Of a stretch of 64,000 nucleotides of DNA, positions 51,399-61,595 are shown piece by piece. The first letter of the stretch is position 1; the number at the start of each line of letters is the position of its first letter. The position numbers and the translations under genes were made by a program. A model generated the notes under the pieces. It searched no databases and was not told the origin of the DNA. It was given only the letters and a program-made list of their open reading frames with translations. Source of the DNA: an uncultured Acidobacteriota bacterium (GTDB taxonomy: Bacteria; Acidobacteriota; UBA6911); the NCBI GenBank assembly GCA_963843575.1, contig CAWJKZ010000015.1, positions 96,001 to 160,000 on the forward strand, in the 5' to 3' direction.

Positions 51399-52535
51399 TC
51401 AGTCGAGGCGCTTGCGAAAGAGGATGACGCTCAAGGTCAGGATTGAGGCGCCGAGCACGGTGAGCGACAGGATCTGCGGCCAGAGCAACTCGACTCCGAT
51501 CCCCTTGAGGAAGAGGCCGCGGACGATTTCCATGAAATACCGCATCGGGTTGAGGTAGGTGAGGTATTGCACGAGGGCAGGCATGTTGCGGATCGGGAAG
51601 GCGAACCCGCTCAGCAGCAGCGCGGGCATGAAGAAGAAAAAGGAAGATATCATCGCCTGCTGCTGGGTGTGGGAGATGCCGGAGATGAACAGGCCGATCC
51701 CCAGGGTGGCAAGCAGGAACAGAACGGAACAGGCGAACAGGGCCGGGACGCTGCCGCGCAGGGGAGTTCGAAACACCACGAGGGCGGCCAATGTCACGAG
51801 GGCGACCTCGAAGATTCCGATGATGGCAAACGGAAGGATCTTGCCGAGGATCAGCTCGACGGCCCGGATTGGGGTGACCATGAGCTGTTCCATGGTGCCG
51901 ATCTCTTTTTCGCGGACGACGCTCATGGCGGTGAGCATGATGGTGACCAGGGCGATGATGTTCACGACCACGCCGGGAACGAAGTAGTCCTGGCTCTTCA
52001 GCTCGGGGTTGAACCAGATGCGGTGGCGCACCGAGACGGACGGAACCGCGGCGGCCGCAGACCCTCCGCCTGCCGCCGCCTGCCGCCGGGCCGCCACCGC
52101 GGCCGCGTAGCTCGCCACGACCTGCCCGGCATAGCTGGAGGCAATGGCGGCGGTGTTCGAATTGGTCCCGTCGACGAGGATCTGGACCGCGGCGCTGTTC
52201 CCGCGGCGGATGTCGCGTCCGAAGCCGGGGAGCAGGCGCACTACGGCCTGGACCCTTCCGCGGTCGAGCAGTCCGCGCACCTCGTCCTCGCGCGCGGGGG
52301 TGGCGGTAATCTCGAAATAGCGCGATCCCTGAAACGCAGCCAGCAGTTCGCGGCTCTCGGGCGTGCGGTCCATGTCCATCCAGGCGGTGCGCGTGTGCTC
52401 CACGTCGAGGTTGACGGCGTACCCGAAGATGACCAGCTGCAGCAGCGGCGGACCGAACAGCAGGGCGCGCGTCCTCGCGTCCCGGAGGGTCTGGCGGAAC
52501 TCTTTCTTTATGATCTCCCGGATCCTTCCCCACAT
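51399..52535 (-). CDS. ABC-2 permease (YbhR-like)
   Basis: KKEFRQTLRD, FNPELKSQDYFVPG, REKEIGTMEQL. Confidence 0.92.
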   Translation of the reverse strand: MWGRIREIIKKEFRQTLRDARTRALLFGPPLLQLVIFGYAVNLDVEHTRTAWMDMDRTPESRELLAAFQGSRYFEITATPAREDEVRGLLDRGRVQAVVRLLPGFGRDIRRGNSAAVQILVDGTNSNTAAIASSYAGQVVASYAAAVAARRQAAAGGGSAAAAVPSVSVRHRIWFNPELKSQDYFVPGVVVNIIALVTIMLTAMSVVREKEIGTMEQLMVTPIRAVELILGKILPFAIIGIFEVALVTLAALVVFRTPLRGSVPALFACSVLFLLATLGIGLFISGISHTQQQAMISSFFFFMPALLLSGFAFPIRNMPALVQYLTYLNPMRYFMEIVRGLFLKGIGVELLWPQILSLTVLGASILTLSVILFRKRLD

Positions 52536-52536
52536 G

Positions 52537-53673
52537 TCATGCCACCTTTTGTCTCAACCTGCGGGTTGCGAGCAGGAAAACGAGCCCGCCGTAGGCGGCG
52601 AGCAGGGCCGTTTCGAACCAGAGGATTTCGATGCCCACGCCGCGCAGGAATATCCCCTTGAGGATCGTGACAAAGTAACGGGTGGGGAACACGTAGGTGA
52701 CGACCTGGATGGGCAAGGGCATGTTCTCGATCGAGAACACGAACCCGGAGAGCAGGAAGGCGGGGAGGAACGAGGTCAGCATAGCCAGCTGGTAGGCGAC
52801 GAGCTGGGTGCGTGCGAGCGCGGAGAGAAGGATGCCCCAGAACAGGGCGCCGACCAGGAAAAGCGAGCCGGTGAAGGCCAGCAGGAGGAGGCTCCCGGCC
52901 ATGGGCACCTGGAACACGCCGACACCGACCACGATGGTCAGCGTCATGTCCACGATCCCGAGGCCGAAGTACGCCGACATCTTCCCGAACGCCACTTCGG
53001 ACGGCCGCAGCGGGGTCGAGAGCAGCTGCTCCATGGTGCCCATCTCCCACTCGCGAGCCAGCGTCAGCGAGGTGAGCAGGGCTCCGATGATCATCAGGAT
53101 CAGGGCGATCAGCCCGGGGACGATGTAGTTTTTCGACTTGAGTTCGCTGTTGTACCAGATCCGCAGCCGGGCTTCGACCGGCGGAGGGGAGACGGGGGCG
53201 CCGGCCCGGGCGTTGAGCGCTTTCCCGCGCATCTCCGCGAAATAGGCCTGAAGGAGGGCGTTGGCGTAGCCCGAGGCGATCGAAGCGGTGTTCGAATCGC
53301 TGCCGTCGAAAATCAGCTGCACCTGAGCTTCGCGCCCGGCCAGCAGGTCGCGTGCGTAACCCCTCGGAACGACCAGGGCCATCATGCAGCTGCTGCGGTT
53401 GATCTCCCGTTCGACGGTCCGGTACGTTTCGGCCTCGCCGACTAGCTCGAAGTACCGCGATCCCTCGAAGCGCGAGACCAGCGCGCGGCTCTCCGGACTC
53501 CGGTCCGAGTCGTAGACGACGGTGGGGATGCGGTCCACGTCCAGGGTGAGGGCGTAGCCGAACAGCAGGATCATCAGCAGCGGGAGGGCGAGCGCGAGCG
53601 TGAGGCTGCGCGGATCCCGGACGATGTGCAGGAACTCCTTGTGGGCCACGGCCTTGGTCCGGCGGAGGTTCAT
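52537..53673 (-). CDS. ABC-2 permease (YbhS-like)
   Basis: KEFLHIVRD, REWEMGTMEQL; ATG 53673 overlaps the upstream stop. Confidence 0.92.
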   Translation of the reverse strand: MNLRRTKAVAHKEFLHIVRDPRSLTLALALPLLMILLFGYALTLDVDRIPTVVYDSDRSPESRALVSRFEGSRYFELVGEAETYRTVEREINRSSCMMALVVPRGYARDLLAGREAQVQLIFDGSDSNTASIASGYANALLQAYFAEMRGKALNARAGAPVSPPPVEARLRIWYNSELKSKNYIVPGLIALILMIIGALLTSLTLAREWEMGTMEQLLSTPLRPSEVAFGKMSAYFGLGIVDMTLTIVVGVGVFQVPMAGSLLLLAFTGSLFLVGALFWGILLSALARTQLVAYQLAMLTSFLPAFLLSGFVFSIENMPLPIQVVTYVFPTRYFVTILKGIFLRGVGIEILWFETALLAAYGGLVFLLATRRLRQKVA

Positions 53674-54614
53674 GACGTCTTGCGCTCCTCCCGCTCGATC
53701 AGGGCCACGAACACGTCCTCCAGCGAAGGCGGGATGGGCTCGAAGCGCCGGATGGAAATTCCCGCCCGGGTCAGCGCGGCGCGCGCTGCGGCGCCGGCCG
53801 CCGCCGGCTCGTCGACGGTGACGTGCAGGCCGCCGCCGAACACCGCCACGTCCCCGATGCCGGGCACGCCGCGCAGCGCTTTCATGCTGGCCGACGTGTC
53901 GGAGGACTCCAGGACCATGAGGTTGCCTGCGCCGAAATCCCGCTTCATGTGGTCCGGGGTGCCGAGCGCGATGATGCGGCCGCGGTACATGAGGGCCAGC
54001 CGGTGGCAGTACTCGGCCTCGTCCATGTAATGGGTGGAGACAAACACCGTGTGGCCCGCGTCCGACAGCCGGTAGATGAGCTCCCAGAAGGTGCGCCGCG
54101 CGAGCGGGTCGACGCCCGACGTTGGCTCGTCCAGGAACAGGATCGGGGGCTGATGAAGGATGGCGCAGCCGAGCGCGAGGCGCTGCTTCCAGCCTCCGGC
54201 CAGTTCTCGGGTCATGGAGGAAGCCCGGTCTTCCAGCCCGGCCATGCGCAGCGCTTCGGCCTTGCGCTCGTTGCGGATCGCGCCGGGGACGCTGTAGACG
54301 CCGGCGAAGAAATCGAGGTTCTCCCCGACCGTCAGGTCGTCGTAGAGGGAAAACTTCTGGGACATGTAGCCTATGCTGCCCCGCACGGTTTCCGGTTTGC
54401 GGGCGACGTCGACCCCTCCGACAAGCGCCTGGCCGGCGGTGGGGACCAGCAGCCCGCAGAGCATCCGGATCGTGGTCGATTTCCCTGCGCCGTTCGGGCC
54501 CAGGAAGCCGAAGATCTCGCCCCGGGACACCTCGAACGAAACGTCGTCGACGGCGACAAACGTGCCGAACCGCTTGACGAGGCGCCTCACCTCCACGGCC
54601 ATCGCGGGGGTCAT
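53670..54614 (-). CDS. ABC ATP-binding protein
   Basis: GPNGAGKST, LAGGWKQR, LDEPT, THYMDEAE. Confidence 0.94.
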   Translation of the reverse strand: MTPAMAVEVRRLVKRFGTFVAVDDVSFEVSRGEIFGFLGPNGAGKSTTIRMLCGLLVPTAGQALVGGVDVARKPETVRGSIGYMSQKFSLYDDLTVGENLDFFAGVYSVPGAIRNERKAEALRMAGLEDRASSMTRELAGGWKQRLALGCAILHQPPILFLDEPTSGVDPLARRTFWELIYRLSDAGHTVFVSTHYMDEAEYCHRLALMYRGRIIALGTPDHMKRDFGAGNLMVLESSDTSASMKALRGVPGIGDVAVFGGGLHVTVDEPAAAGAAARAALTRAGISIRRFEPIPPSLEDVFVALIEREERKTS

Positions 54615-55567
54615 GGTTGTGCTCCGGGCGGTCTGTCCGTGTCCGCCCCCGCCTTCTGCACGAGCGCGATGAACACGTCTTCGAGCGACGGGACCATGCG
54701 GGCGAGGCGGGCGGGGCCGAGTCCACGGGCGTCGAGCGCCTCCTGCAGTTGCTCCGGTGTCGCGGGCCCCGGCGCCAGGAACAGGTGTAGGGACGATCCG
54801 GCAGGCTGGACGCTCAGTACCTGCGGGAGCGTCTCGAGGAAGGCCTTGGCAGCCCGCCGGTCCGGCGCGAGCACTTCGTAGCACGGTTCCTCCATCTGGG
54901 TGCGCAGCTGCTCGGGCGCGTCGCACCGTATGAGCCTCCCGCGGTACATCAGGCCGACGCGGTTGCAGCGCTCGGCCTCGTCGAGGTAGGCGGTCGCGAT
55001 GAGGACAGTCAGCCCGTCGTTGACGAGCTGGTAGAGGATGGCCCAGAAGTCGCGACGCGAGACCGGGTCGACGCCGTTGGTCGGCTCGTCGAGGAAAAGC
55101 ACCTGCGGGCGGTGCAGCAGGGTGCACATCAGGGCGAGCTTCTGCTTCATCCCGCCCGAGAGTTTCCCGGCGGGCCTGTTGCGGAACGGCTCCATCCGGG
55201 TCATCTGCAGCAGCCGCGGCATGAGCTCCTGCCGCTCGGCGCGGCTGATGCCGAACAGGTCGGCGTAAAAGAGCATGTTCTCCTGGACGGTGAGGTCGAC
55301 GTAGAGCCCGAAGCGCTGCGCCATGTAGCCGATACGGTCTTTCACCCCTTCGGGCTGCGCGCCGACGTCGAGCCCGGCGACCGACAGGGTGCCCCCGTCC
55401 GGATCCAGCAGGCCGCACAAAAGCCGCAGGGTGGTCGTCTTTCCCGCGCCGTCGGGGCCCACCAGCCCGAAGATCTCCCCTGGCGCGATGTCGAGGCTCA
55501 GGCCGTCGACGGCCGTGAGCCCGCCGAAGCGCCGCGTCAGGTCCCGGATCTGCACCATGGGCGGCAT
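54611..55567 (-). CDS. ABC ATP-binding protein
   Basis: GPDGAGKTT, LSGGMKQK, LDEPT. Confidence 0.94.
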   Translation of the reverse strand: MPPMVQIRDLTRRFGGLTAVDGLSLDIAPGEIFGLVGPDGAGKTTTLRLLCGLLDPDGGTLSVAGLDVGAQPEGVKDRIGYMAQRFGLYVDLTVQENMLFYADLFGISRAERQELMPRLLQMTRMEPFRNRPAGKLSGGMKQKLALMCTLLHRPQVLFLDEPTNGVDPVSRRDFWAILYQLVNDGLTVLIATAYLDEAERCNRVGLMYRGRLIRCDAPEQLRTQMEEPCYEVLAPDRRAAKAFLETLPQVLSVQPAGSSLHLFLAPGPATPEQLQEALDARGLGPARLARMVPSLEDVFIALVQKAGADTDRPPGAQP

Positions 55568-55571
55568 CGCT

Positions 55572-56762
55572 TCACCTGCCCCCGCCCAATAGGATTTCGG
55601 CGTCGGCGGGCATGTTCAGTTTCAGCTCGTGCTGCGGGTTCTCGATGTCGATCTTGATGCGGTAGACCAGCTTGACCCTCTCCTCGGGGGTCTGGATCTG
55701 TTTGGGCGTGAACTCGGCCTCCGACGCGATGAACGACACGCGGCCGCCGTACGCCTTGCCGGGGTACGAGTCGGTCGTCACCCGGACCGGCGCGCCCAGT
55801 TTGACCCGGCCCAAGTCCTGCTCCCGGATGTAGGCGCGCAGCCAAGGCTTGTTCATCTCCCCGAGGGTGAGCAGGGTGGTTCCCGCCGCCACGACCTCGC
55901 CGGCTTCGGCCGACTTGACCAAGACCACGCCGTTGATGGGCGAGTGGATGACCGTGTCGGCCAGCTGAGACTCGACGACGGCCACCTGGGCGCGGGCCTG
56001 TTCGGCCTGGGCCTTGCGGGTCGTCAGCTCCTGCTGCCTGCGCTTCAGCTCGATGCGCGCCGCCTCGGCGAGCTGCACGGCGGCGCGCGCCTGCCCGACC
56101 TGCGCGCGGGCGGCCTCGATCGTTTCCTGGCGCGGCCCGGCCTTGACGAGCGAGAGCTGCTCCTCGGCCCTCTTGAGCGCCGCGCCGGTCGCGTCGAAAC
56201 GGGCCCGGAACTGGTCGCGCTGGGCCGTAGATATGTCGTCGGTCTTGTAGAGCGCCTGGGCACGCTCCCAATCCTGGGCGGCCAGCGCCTGCTGGGTGCG
56301 CGCCTCGTCGGCCGCCGCCGTTGCCTGTCGGATCTCCTGTTCGCGGGACCCGGCCAGCAGCTCCGCCAGCCTCGCCTCGGCCTGCGCGAGCGCCGCCTTC
56401 CGCGCCTGGACATCGGCCTCCAGGGTGGCCCGCTGGTAATCGACGGCCGTGCCCTGCTGCGCCGTCTGCGAGTCGGCGACGGCGACACCGGCCTCGTTCA
56501 GGGTGCGCTGCTTCTGGAGCTGGTCGGCGTCCAGCCGGGCCAGCAGCGTTCCCTGGCGCACCTCCGTCCCTTCCTCGGCTGCGAGCTCGATCAGCCTGCC
56601 CGGCAGTTTGAAGGCGATGTCGACCTGGGTGAGCTCGATGTTACCGGAGAGGAGGATCCTGTCGGTGCTGCCCCCACGCCACCAGCGGCAGCCTGCCGGG
56701 AACATGCTCCAGAGCAGGGCCAGCCCGAGGAGTGGGAGGGCTCGGAGGGTCTTCGGCTTCAT
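55572..56762 (-). CDS. HlyD-family periplasmic adaptor (YbhG-like)
   Basis: Long coiled coil; AEFTPKQIQT.EERVKLVYR. Confidence 0.92.
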   Translation of the reverse strand: MKPKTLRALPLLGLALLWSMFPAGCRWWRGGSTDRILLSGNIELTQVDIAFKLPGRLIELAAEEGTEVRQGTLLARLDADQLQKQRTLNEAGVAVADSQTAQQGTAVDYQRATLEADVQARKAALAQAEARLAELLAGSREQEIRQATAAADEARTQQALAAQDWERAQALYKTDDISTAQRDQFRARFDATGAALKRAEEQLSLVKAGPRQETIEAARAQVGQARAAVQLAEAARIELKRRQQELTTRKAQAEQARAQVAVVESQLADTVIHSPINGVVLVKSAEAGEVVAAGTTLLTLGEMNKPWLRAYIREQDLGRVKLGAPVRVTTDSYPGKAYGGRVSFIASEAEFTPKQIQTPEERVKLVYRIKIDIENPQHELKLNMPADAEILLGGGR

Positions 56763-56805
56763 GGTATCTCCTTGTCCCGGGGGAGACCCCGGACTGCGTC
56801 CCGTG

Positions 56806-58176
56806 TCATTGCGTGATGTCGCGGATCGTGCCCATGGCGGTGTGCAGGTCGACCCGGGCCACGTTGTAGCCGTAGAGCGCCAGGATCCGGTTCTCCCGCG
56901 CCCGCGCCAGGCGGGTCTGGGCGTCGGTCAGCTCGATGCTGCTTCCGAGGCCGGCCTCGTAGCGGCGTTGCGCGTGCGCCACCTCGTCCTCGGCGAGCGC
57001 CTGCCCCTCCTCCGCCGTCCTCAACTGCTCTTCCGACGACTTCAGGGTGTCGAGGGCCACCCGGATCTCCATCTCGATCTGCAGGGCGAGGTCGCGCGTC
57101 CGGACCTGTTCCTGCCGCAGCAGAGAGGCCGTCTCGGCGCGCCGCGCGTCGCGCCGGCCGCCGTCGAAGACGGGGACGCGGACGGCCACGCCGATCGTGC
57201 GGGTCGGGAGCGCGTTGTCGGCGGAGGTCCCGATGGCACCGTAATCGCCGAAAAGGCTCACGGCCGGGACCCGCTCCAGCGCGGTCGCGCTCCGGTTCAG
57301 CCGCGCCATGTCCTCGCGTTTCTTCTGGGCCCGGTAGTCGGAGCGCGACTCGAGCGCCGTCCGGAGCCGCTCGGCGGCCGGGTGCGGCTCGACCGGGACG
57401 AACGACAGGGGGTCGGTGAGCTCGACGTCCCGGTCGAGGGCGATCCCCATGGTCCGCAGCATCAGCAGCCCGGCCCGCGTCCGGTTGTTTTGCGCGACCA
57501 GCAGCCGCTGGCGCGCGTCGGCCAGCTGGACGCGCGCCCGGGTCACCTCGATGCCGGTGCCCGTGCCCGCCTCCTTCTGGTCCGCGGCGGTCTTGAGCAC
57601 CGCCTCGGCGAGGCTCACGTCCGCGGAGGCCGCGCGGACGCTGGCCTCGGCCCGCACCCCCCCGAGGTAGGCGCGGGCGACTTGATCGCGCACCTGGTCG
57701 TGCGCGCTGTCCTGTTCCGCCTCCGCCTGCCCGACCCCGGCGCGCGACGCCTGGTAGCGCCGGACCGCCCCGAGGTCGAATACCGTCTGGCTGGCCGTGG
57801 CGCGCGCGTCGAAGATGCTGAACGGCCCGACAAAGGTCGGGCTCTGGAAGCCCGGGATCGGGATCTGCAGCCTGATTCCGAAGGCGGCGAGGTTCCGCGT
57901 GACGCTCTGCTCGGCCACGGAGCCCTCGATGTTCGGGAGGAGCGCCGCCCTGGACTGGCGCGCGCGCGACTCCGCCTGCCGGATGAACTCCTCGGCGATC
58001 GTGGCGCGGGCGCTGCCGTCGGGGCCGAGCGCGACGGCCACCGCCTGCTTCAGGCTCAGCTGGAGCACGGGGCGCCCGGATCCGGGTTCGGCCGGGGTGG
58101 GCGGTTGCTGCGCTGGAGCCGGGGACGCCGGCAGCAGGAGTGTGCAGGTCAGAAGCTTGGCGATTCTCGGATTCAT
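56806..58176 (-). CDS. TolC-family outer membrane protein
   Basis: Signal peptide; LSLKQAV, VPVFDGG, RYEAGLGSSIEL. Confidence 0.92.
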   Translation of the reverse strand: MNPRIAKLLTCTLLLPASPAPAQQPPTPAEPGSGRPVLQLSLKQAVAVALGPDGSARATIAEEFIRQAESRARQSRAALLPNIEGSVAEQSVTRNLAAFGIRLQIPIPGFQSPTFVGPFSIFDARATASQTVFDLGAVRRYQASRAGVGQAEAEQDSAHDQVRDQVARAYLGGVRAEASVRAASADVSLAEAVLKTAADQKEAGTGTGIEVTRARVQLADARQRLLVAQNNRTRAGLLMLRTMGIALDRDVELTDPLSFVPVEPHPAAERLRTALESRSDYRAQKKREDMARLNRSATALERVPAVSLFGDYGAIGTSADNALPTRTIGVAVRVPVFDGGRRDARRAETASLLRQEQVRTRDLALQIEMEIRVALDTLKSSEEQLRTAEEGQALAEDEVAHAQRRYEAGLGSSIELTDAQTRLARARENRILALYGYNVARVDLHTAMGTIRDITQ

Positions 58177-58182
58177 AGGCGC

Positions 58183-58896
58183 CTACCGTCCGGAGGTCCG
58201 GGAATTGAGTGTGTCGCGACGGGGGCGGGAGCGCGCGTGCGCAGGACGCCTCCCGGGCGTGCGCTTGCGGTTGCGCGCGCCGGCTGGCGGGCTTTCCATG
58301 CCCCCCTCGATGAAGGCGACCAGCATCTTCACCGCAGTCTCCACGTCGCCCGGGTCGCAGGTGCCCCCCGAGACCAGCCGCAGCAGGTCCGGGGCTGCGA
58401 GGGTGTGGGCCATGGCCCCGATGGCAAAAAAGACGCGCCAGATGCGCTCGACGTCGGAAAGGCCCGGCAGCGCGCGCCGGAACGCGGCGACAAACCGGCC
58501 CGAGAGTTCCCGTACCTCCTCGGCCAGCATCGGAAAGCCCCCGGGGTCGGAATACATGCGACCCAGCAGGACTCCGAAACCCGTCGTGCCGGGGTCGCCG
58601 GCCAGGCGGAGCGGCGGTTCGAGCAGCCCCCGGACCAGTTGCGCTACCGGCACCGGTCCGTCCCCCGCCGCCGCCTCGAGCTCGTCCAGGAGCCGGAGGC
58701 GTTCGCGGTTCAACTGCCCGAGCCGGCGCCTGAACAACGCGCCGATCAGCGCCTCCTTCGAGTTGAAGTGGTAGTTGACGGCCGCGAGGTTGACCCCGGC
58801 CCGGGCCGTGATGGCGCGCAGCGAGCTGCCGTCGTAGCCGCGCTCGGCAAACAACCCCTCCGCGGCGTCGAGGATCCGTTCCTTGGTGGAGCTCAT
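58183..58896 (-). CDS. TetR-family regulator (PsrA/CecR-like)
   Basis: TKERILDAAEGLFAERG...VNLAAVNYHF.SKEAL. Confidence 0.94.
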   Translation of the reverse strand: MSSTKERILDAAEGLFAERGYDGSSLRAITARAGVNLAAVNYHFNSKEALIGALFRRRLGQLNRERLRLLDELEAAAGDGPVPVAQLVRGLLEPPLRLAGDPGTTGFGVLLGRMYSDPGGFPMLAEEVRELSGRFVAAFRRALPGLSDVERIWRVFFAIGAMAHTLAAPDLLRLVSGGTCDPGDVETAVKMLVAFIEGGMESPPAGARNRKRTPGRRPAHARSRPRRDTLNSRTSGR

Positions 58897-58924
58897 CGGT
58901 TACTCTCCGGCCCGAACGACCGTA

Positions 58925-58967
58925 TCAAACATACGTTTGAATAAAACAAACGTATGTCTCCTGTCAA
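58925..58967 (-). promoter_or_regulatory. TetR operator(s) and promoter
   Basis: TCAAACATACGTTTGA palindrome (58925-58940); perfect 11-bp inverted repeat ACATACGTTTG/CAAACGTATGT (58929-58957); minus-strand TTGACA at 58962-58967. Confidence 0.75.
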
Positions 58968-58986
58968 GAGAAAAACACGCAAACAC

Positions 58987-59154
58987 GTGGGTCCCGGGCT
59001 GAAGAGGCTGTCCAACGGTTGAACCCCCCGCCCTGCCCATCAAACAAGTGGGTCCGGGCTTCAGCCCGGACCCAGTTTGCAGTTGCCATGCAGGGGCAGG
59101 TGGAGCTTATGGAACGGATTTAAAGACGTCCGGGCTGAAGCCCGGACCCACTTG
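58987..59154. repeat. Family A REPIN-like triple cluster
   Basis: Same layout and linker as 15528-15695. Confidence 0.88.
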
Positions 59155-59186
59155 TGGTTTGCCGTGCACTCGATGGCGCCCGCATA

Positions 59187-61334
59187 CTACAGGTAGAGGC
59201 GGTAGGTGATCTTGAAGATCGCGGCGCGCTGGCTCAGCATCCAGCCGCCGGCCCGGTCGAGCTGGCGCTCGTTGAAGACCAGGTACACGTTCGAATCCCT
59301 GGCGTAGATGACGCGCAGCAGGATGTTGGCCGAGAACTCCCGGGTGATGCTGTTCCACTGCAGCAGCCCGCTGATGCCGAGGTTGGGGTTGTGGTCGTAG
59401 CCGACCCGGACGCGGGCGACCGACGTCGAAAAACCGCCGGTCGGCAGGCGCACCCGGTTGTACTCGTACTGCCAGGTCGTCCGGAACCGGGGGGAGAACT
59501 GCACCGTGTTCGACAGCAGCGCGGTCTGCTCGGTGCCGTTGTAAAAGCTCCCCCATGAGCATTCCGCGCGGCCGTACACGCGGCGGCTGTTGGCGGAGGT
59601 GAAATCCAGGGTCGTCCGCTGGAAGCCGTAAGGGGCGAGGGGGATCGTCACCTCGGGCATGATGCGGAAATCCTCGGTCAGCTGTTCGAACTGCCGGGAG
59701 TATGCGGCGCCGAAGTGGGCGCCCGAGGGGAGGACGTTACTGGCCTCCACGGCGGCCACGCGCGTCAGCAGCCGTCCTCCCGTGTCGGTGAGATAGGAGA
59801 TGCCGGCCGTGAGGTCGACGTTGCGGCTCCAGCCCCGGTTGAAGCGATGCCGGTGCCGGCCGACGCCCTCGGCCGACCGGATGTCGCGCCGCCGCACGTA
59901 ACCGATGCCGGGGTCGAAGCCCGCGCCGACGGTTTTCTCGGAAAGGGTCAGGCCCCACGAGTCGGTCTGGTAATCGAGCGAGGCGAGGTGCGCCGTGCCG
60001 TCCGGGTCCGTCCCGCTGTTGACCGTCGAAGCCACGAAACCCTTGAACTGGAGCGTCGGGGAGAGCCACAGGCTGGTGTCCAGCCCATACGCGCGGTTCT
60101 CGTACCTGGTGTTGTCGGCATTGGTGAAGATCGCGCCGACGGTCGACCGGCCGCGCAGGCCCCGGCGCAGCCGGACGACCGAGTAGTTGGTGGCAGGCTG
60201 GTCGGGCGATTCCTTAGTCTGCATGTTCATGACGCCCACGTCGTACCTGCCGGCTTTCCCGGTGAGCCGCGCGCCGCCGAAGATGGGTACCTCGTGCCCG
60301 TTCGCGATCCCGATCCTGCGGCTGAAGAAGAGCTGCGTGTCGGCGGCAACGCCAAAATCAAAGACGCTGGCCGATTCCAGGAAAAACTCGCGCTTCTCGG
60401 GGAAAAACAGGCTGAACCGCGTGAGGTTCACCTGGGTCTCGTCGGCCTCCACCTGCGCGAAATCGGTGTTGGCCGTCAGGTCGAGCGTCATGTTCGAGCC
60501 CAACACGTACTTGACGTCGAGGCTGGGTTCGACGTCGTACCGGGCGCGCTCGAGCCCCTCGGCCTGCAGCCTCGTCGGGACCAGCGCCGGGATCGCCTGC
60601 AGGTTCCGCTGCTGGGCGAGGTCCGCGAAACCCGACAGGTTGCCGGCATACCCGAGGTGCGAGACGTCGTACTGGGTCGGCACCGGTGACCAGTAATCCC
60701 ACTCCTGCTTGTGCTGGATGCGGCGCTGCACGTTGAAGCCCCAGACGTCGCGCCCGGGCTGGAAGCGCAGCACGCGCACCGGGATCCGAAACTCGGCGCA
60801 CCAGCCGTCGGGCTGCAGCGACGAGTGCACATCCCAGACCTCGTCCCAGTTGTTGTTGAACCCCTTGAACCCGTCCACCTGGGTGTCGTGTTTGGCGCCG
60901 TTGGCGTTGGTGAGAAATATGAACCCGCGCAGGTGATCGTGAAAGGTGTCGAAGATCACCTCGATCGTGTCGTCCTGCGGCAGGTTGTCGTGCCGCCGGA
61001 TCTTGTTCCGCCTTATGGATCTCGGCTCCTGGTACATGTAGGCGCCGACGTAGATGTAGCGATCGTCCCGCATGATCCGGACGACCGTTTCGTCGGAAGC
61101 CTTCTCCCCGTTGTAGGGCACCCTTTGGGTGAAATCCCCGAGCACGGTCGCATCCAGCCACGCGGCGTCGGTGAGGACGCCGTCGATCACCGGGGCCCGG
61201 GACGTCCGGGAAATCGCCGCGGACCGGTTCGGCGCATCCGCCGCAGGGGCCTGGCCGCAGAAACCCGCGGCATGTTCCCAGAGAAGCGCCAGCAGCAGCG
61301 TACACAGCAAGTTCCTGAAACCGACCACGTGCAC
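59187..61334 (-). CDS. DUF5916/CBM9-like outer-membrane protein
   Basis: PVIDGVL.D..W, NTDFAQVEAD, RFSLFFPEKREFFLE, FFSRRIG; start uncertain. Confidence 0.88.
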   Translation of the reverse strand: MHVVGFRNLLCTLLLALLWEHAAGFCGQAPAADAPNRSAAISRTSRAPVIDGVLTDAAWLDATVLGDFTQRVPYNGEKASDETVVRIMRDDRYIYVGAYMYQEPRSIRRNKIRRHDNLPQDDTIEVIFDTFHDHLRGFIFLTNANGAKHDTQVDGFKGFNNNWDEVWDVHSSLQPDGWCAEFRIPVRVLRFQPGRDVWGFNVQRRIQHKQEWDYWSPVPTQYDVSHLGYAGNLSGFADLAQQRNLQAIPALVPTRLQAEGLERARYDVEPSLDVKYVLGSNMTLDLTANTDFAQVEADETQVNLTRFSLFFPEKREFFLESASVFDFGVAADTQLFFSRRIGIANGHEVPIFGGARLTGKAGRYDVGVMNMQTKESPDQPATNYSVVRLRRGLRGRSTVGAIFTNADNTRYENRAYGLDTSLWLSPTLQFKGFVASTVNSGTDPDGTAHLASLDYQTDSWGLTLSEKTVGAGFDPGIGYVRRRDIRSAEGVGRHRHRFNRGWSRNVDLTAGISYLTDTGGRLLTRVAAVEASNVLPSGAHFGAAYSRQFEQLTEDFRIMPEVTIPLAPYGFQRTTLDFTSANSRRVYGRAECSWGSFYNGTEQTALLSNTVQFSPRFRTTWQYEYNRVRLPTGGFSTSVARVRVGYDHNPNLGISGLLQWNSITREFSANILLRVIYARDSNVYLVFNERQLDRAGGWMLSQRAAIFKITYRLYL

Positions 61335-61595
61335 CCGCCCGTCAATGAGATCGGCGTCGATCTTCCTACAGTTGGGCAAGGAATCGCAACAAAAAGTACG
61401 GAAAAATAAGCACATGCGGAAGCAGGCCGCCGCGCCGAAGACGCGCGCACTCAAGTGGGTCCGGGCTGACGTAAACCGGCCCGGTTCCCATCTTTGCAAA
61501 TGCTCGCACGGCCGATCGCGGGATCCGCCGGCCAACCCAATCTTGTGGATTTTCGGGGTGCTCCGGACGAGAATGGCTCATCCTGGAGGGGTGCC

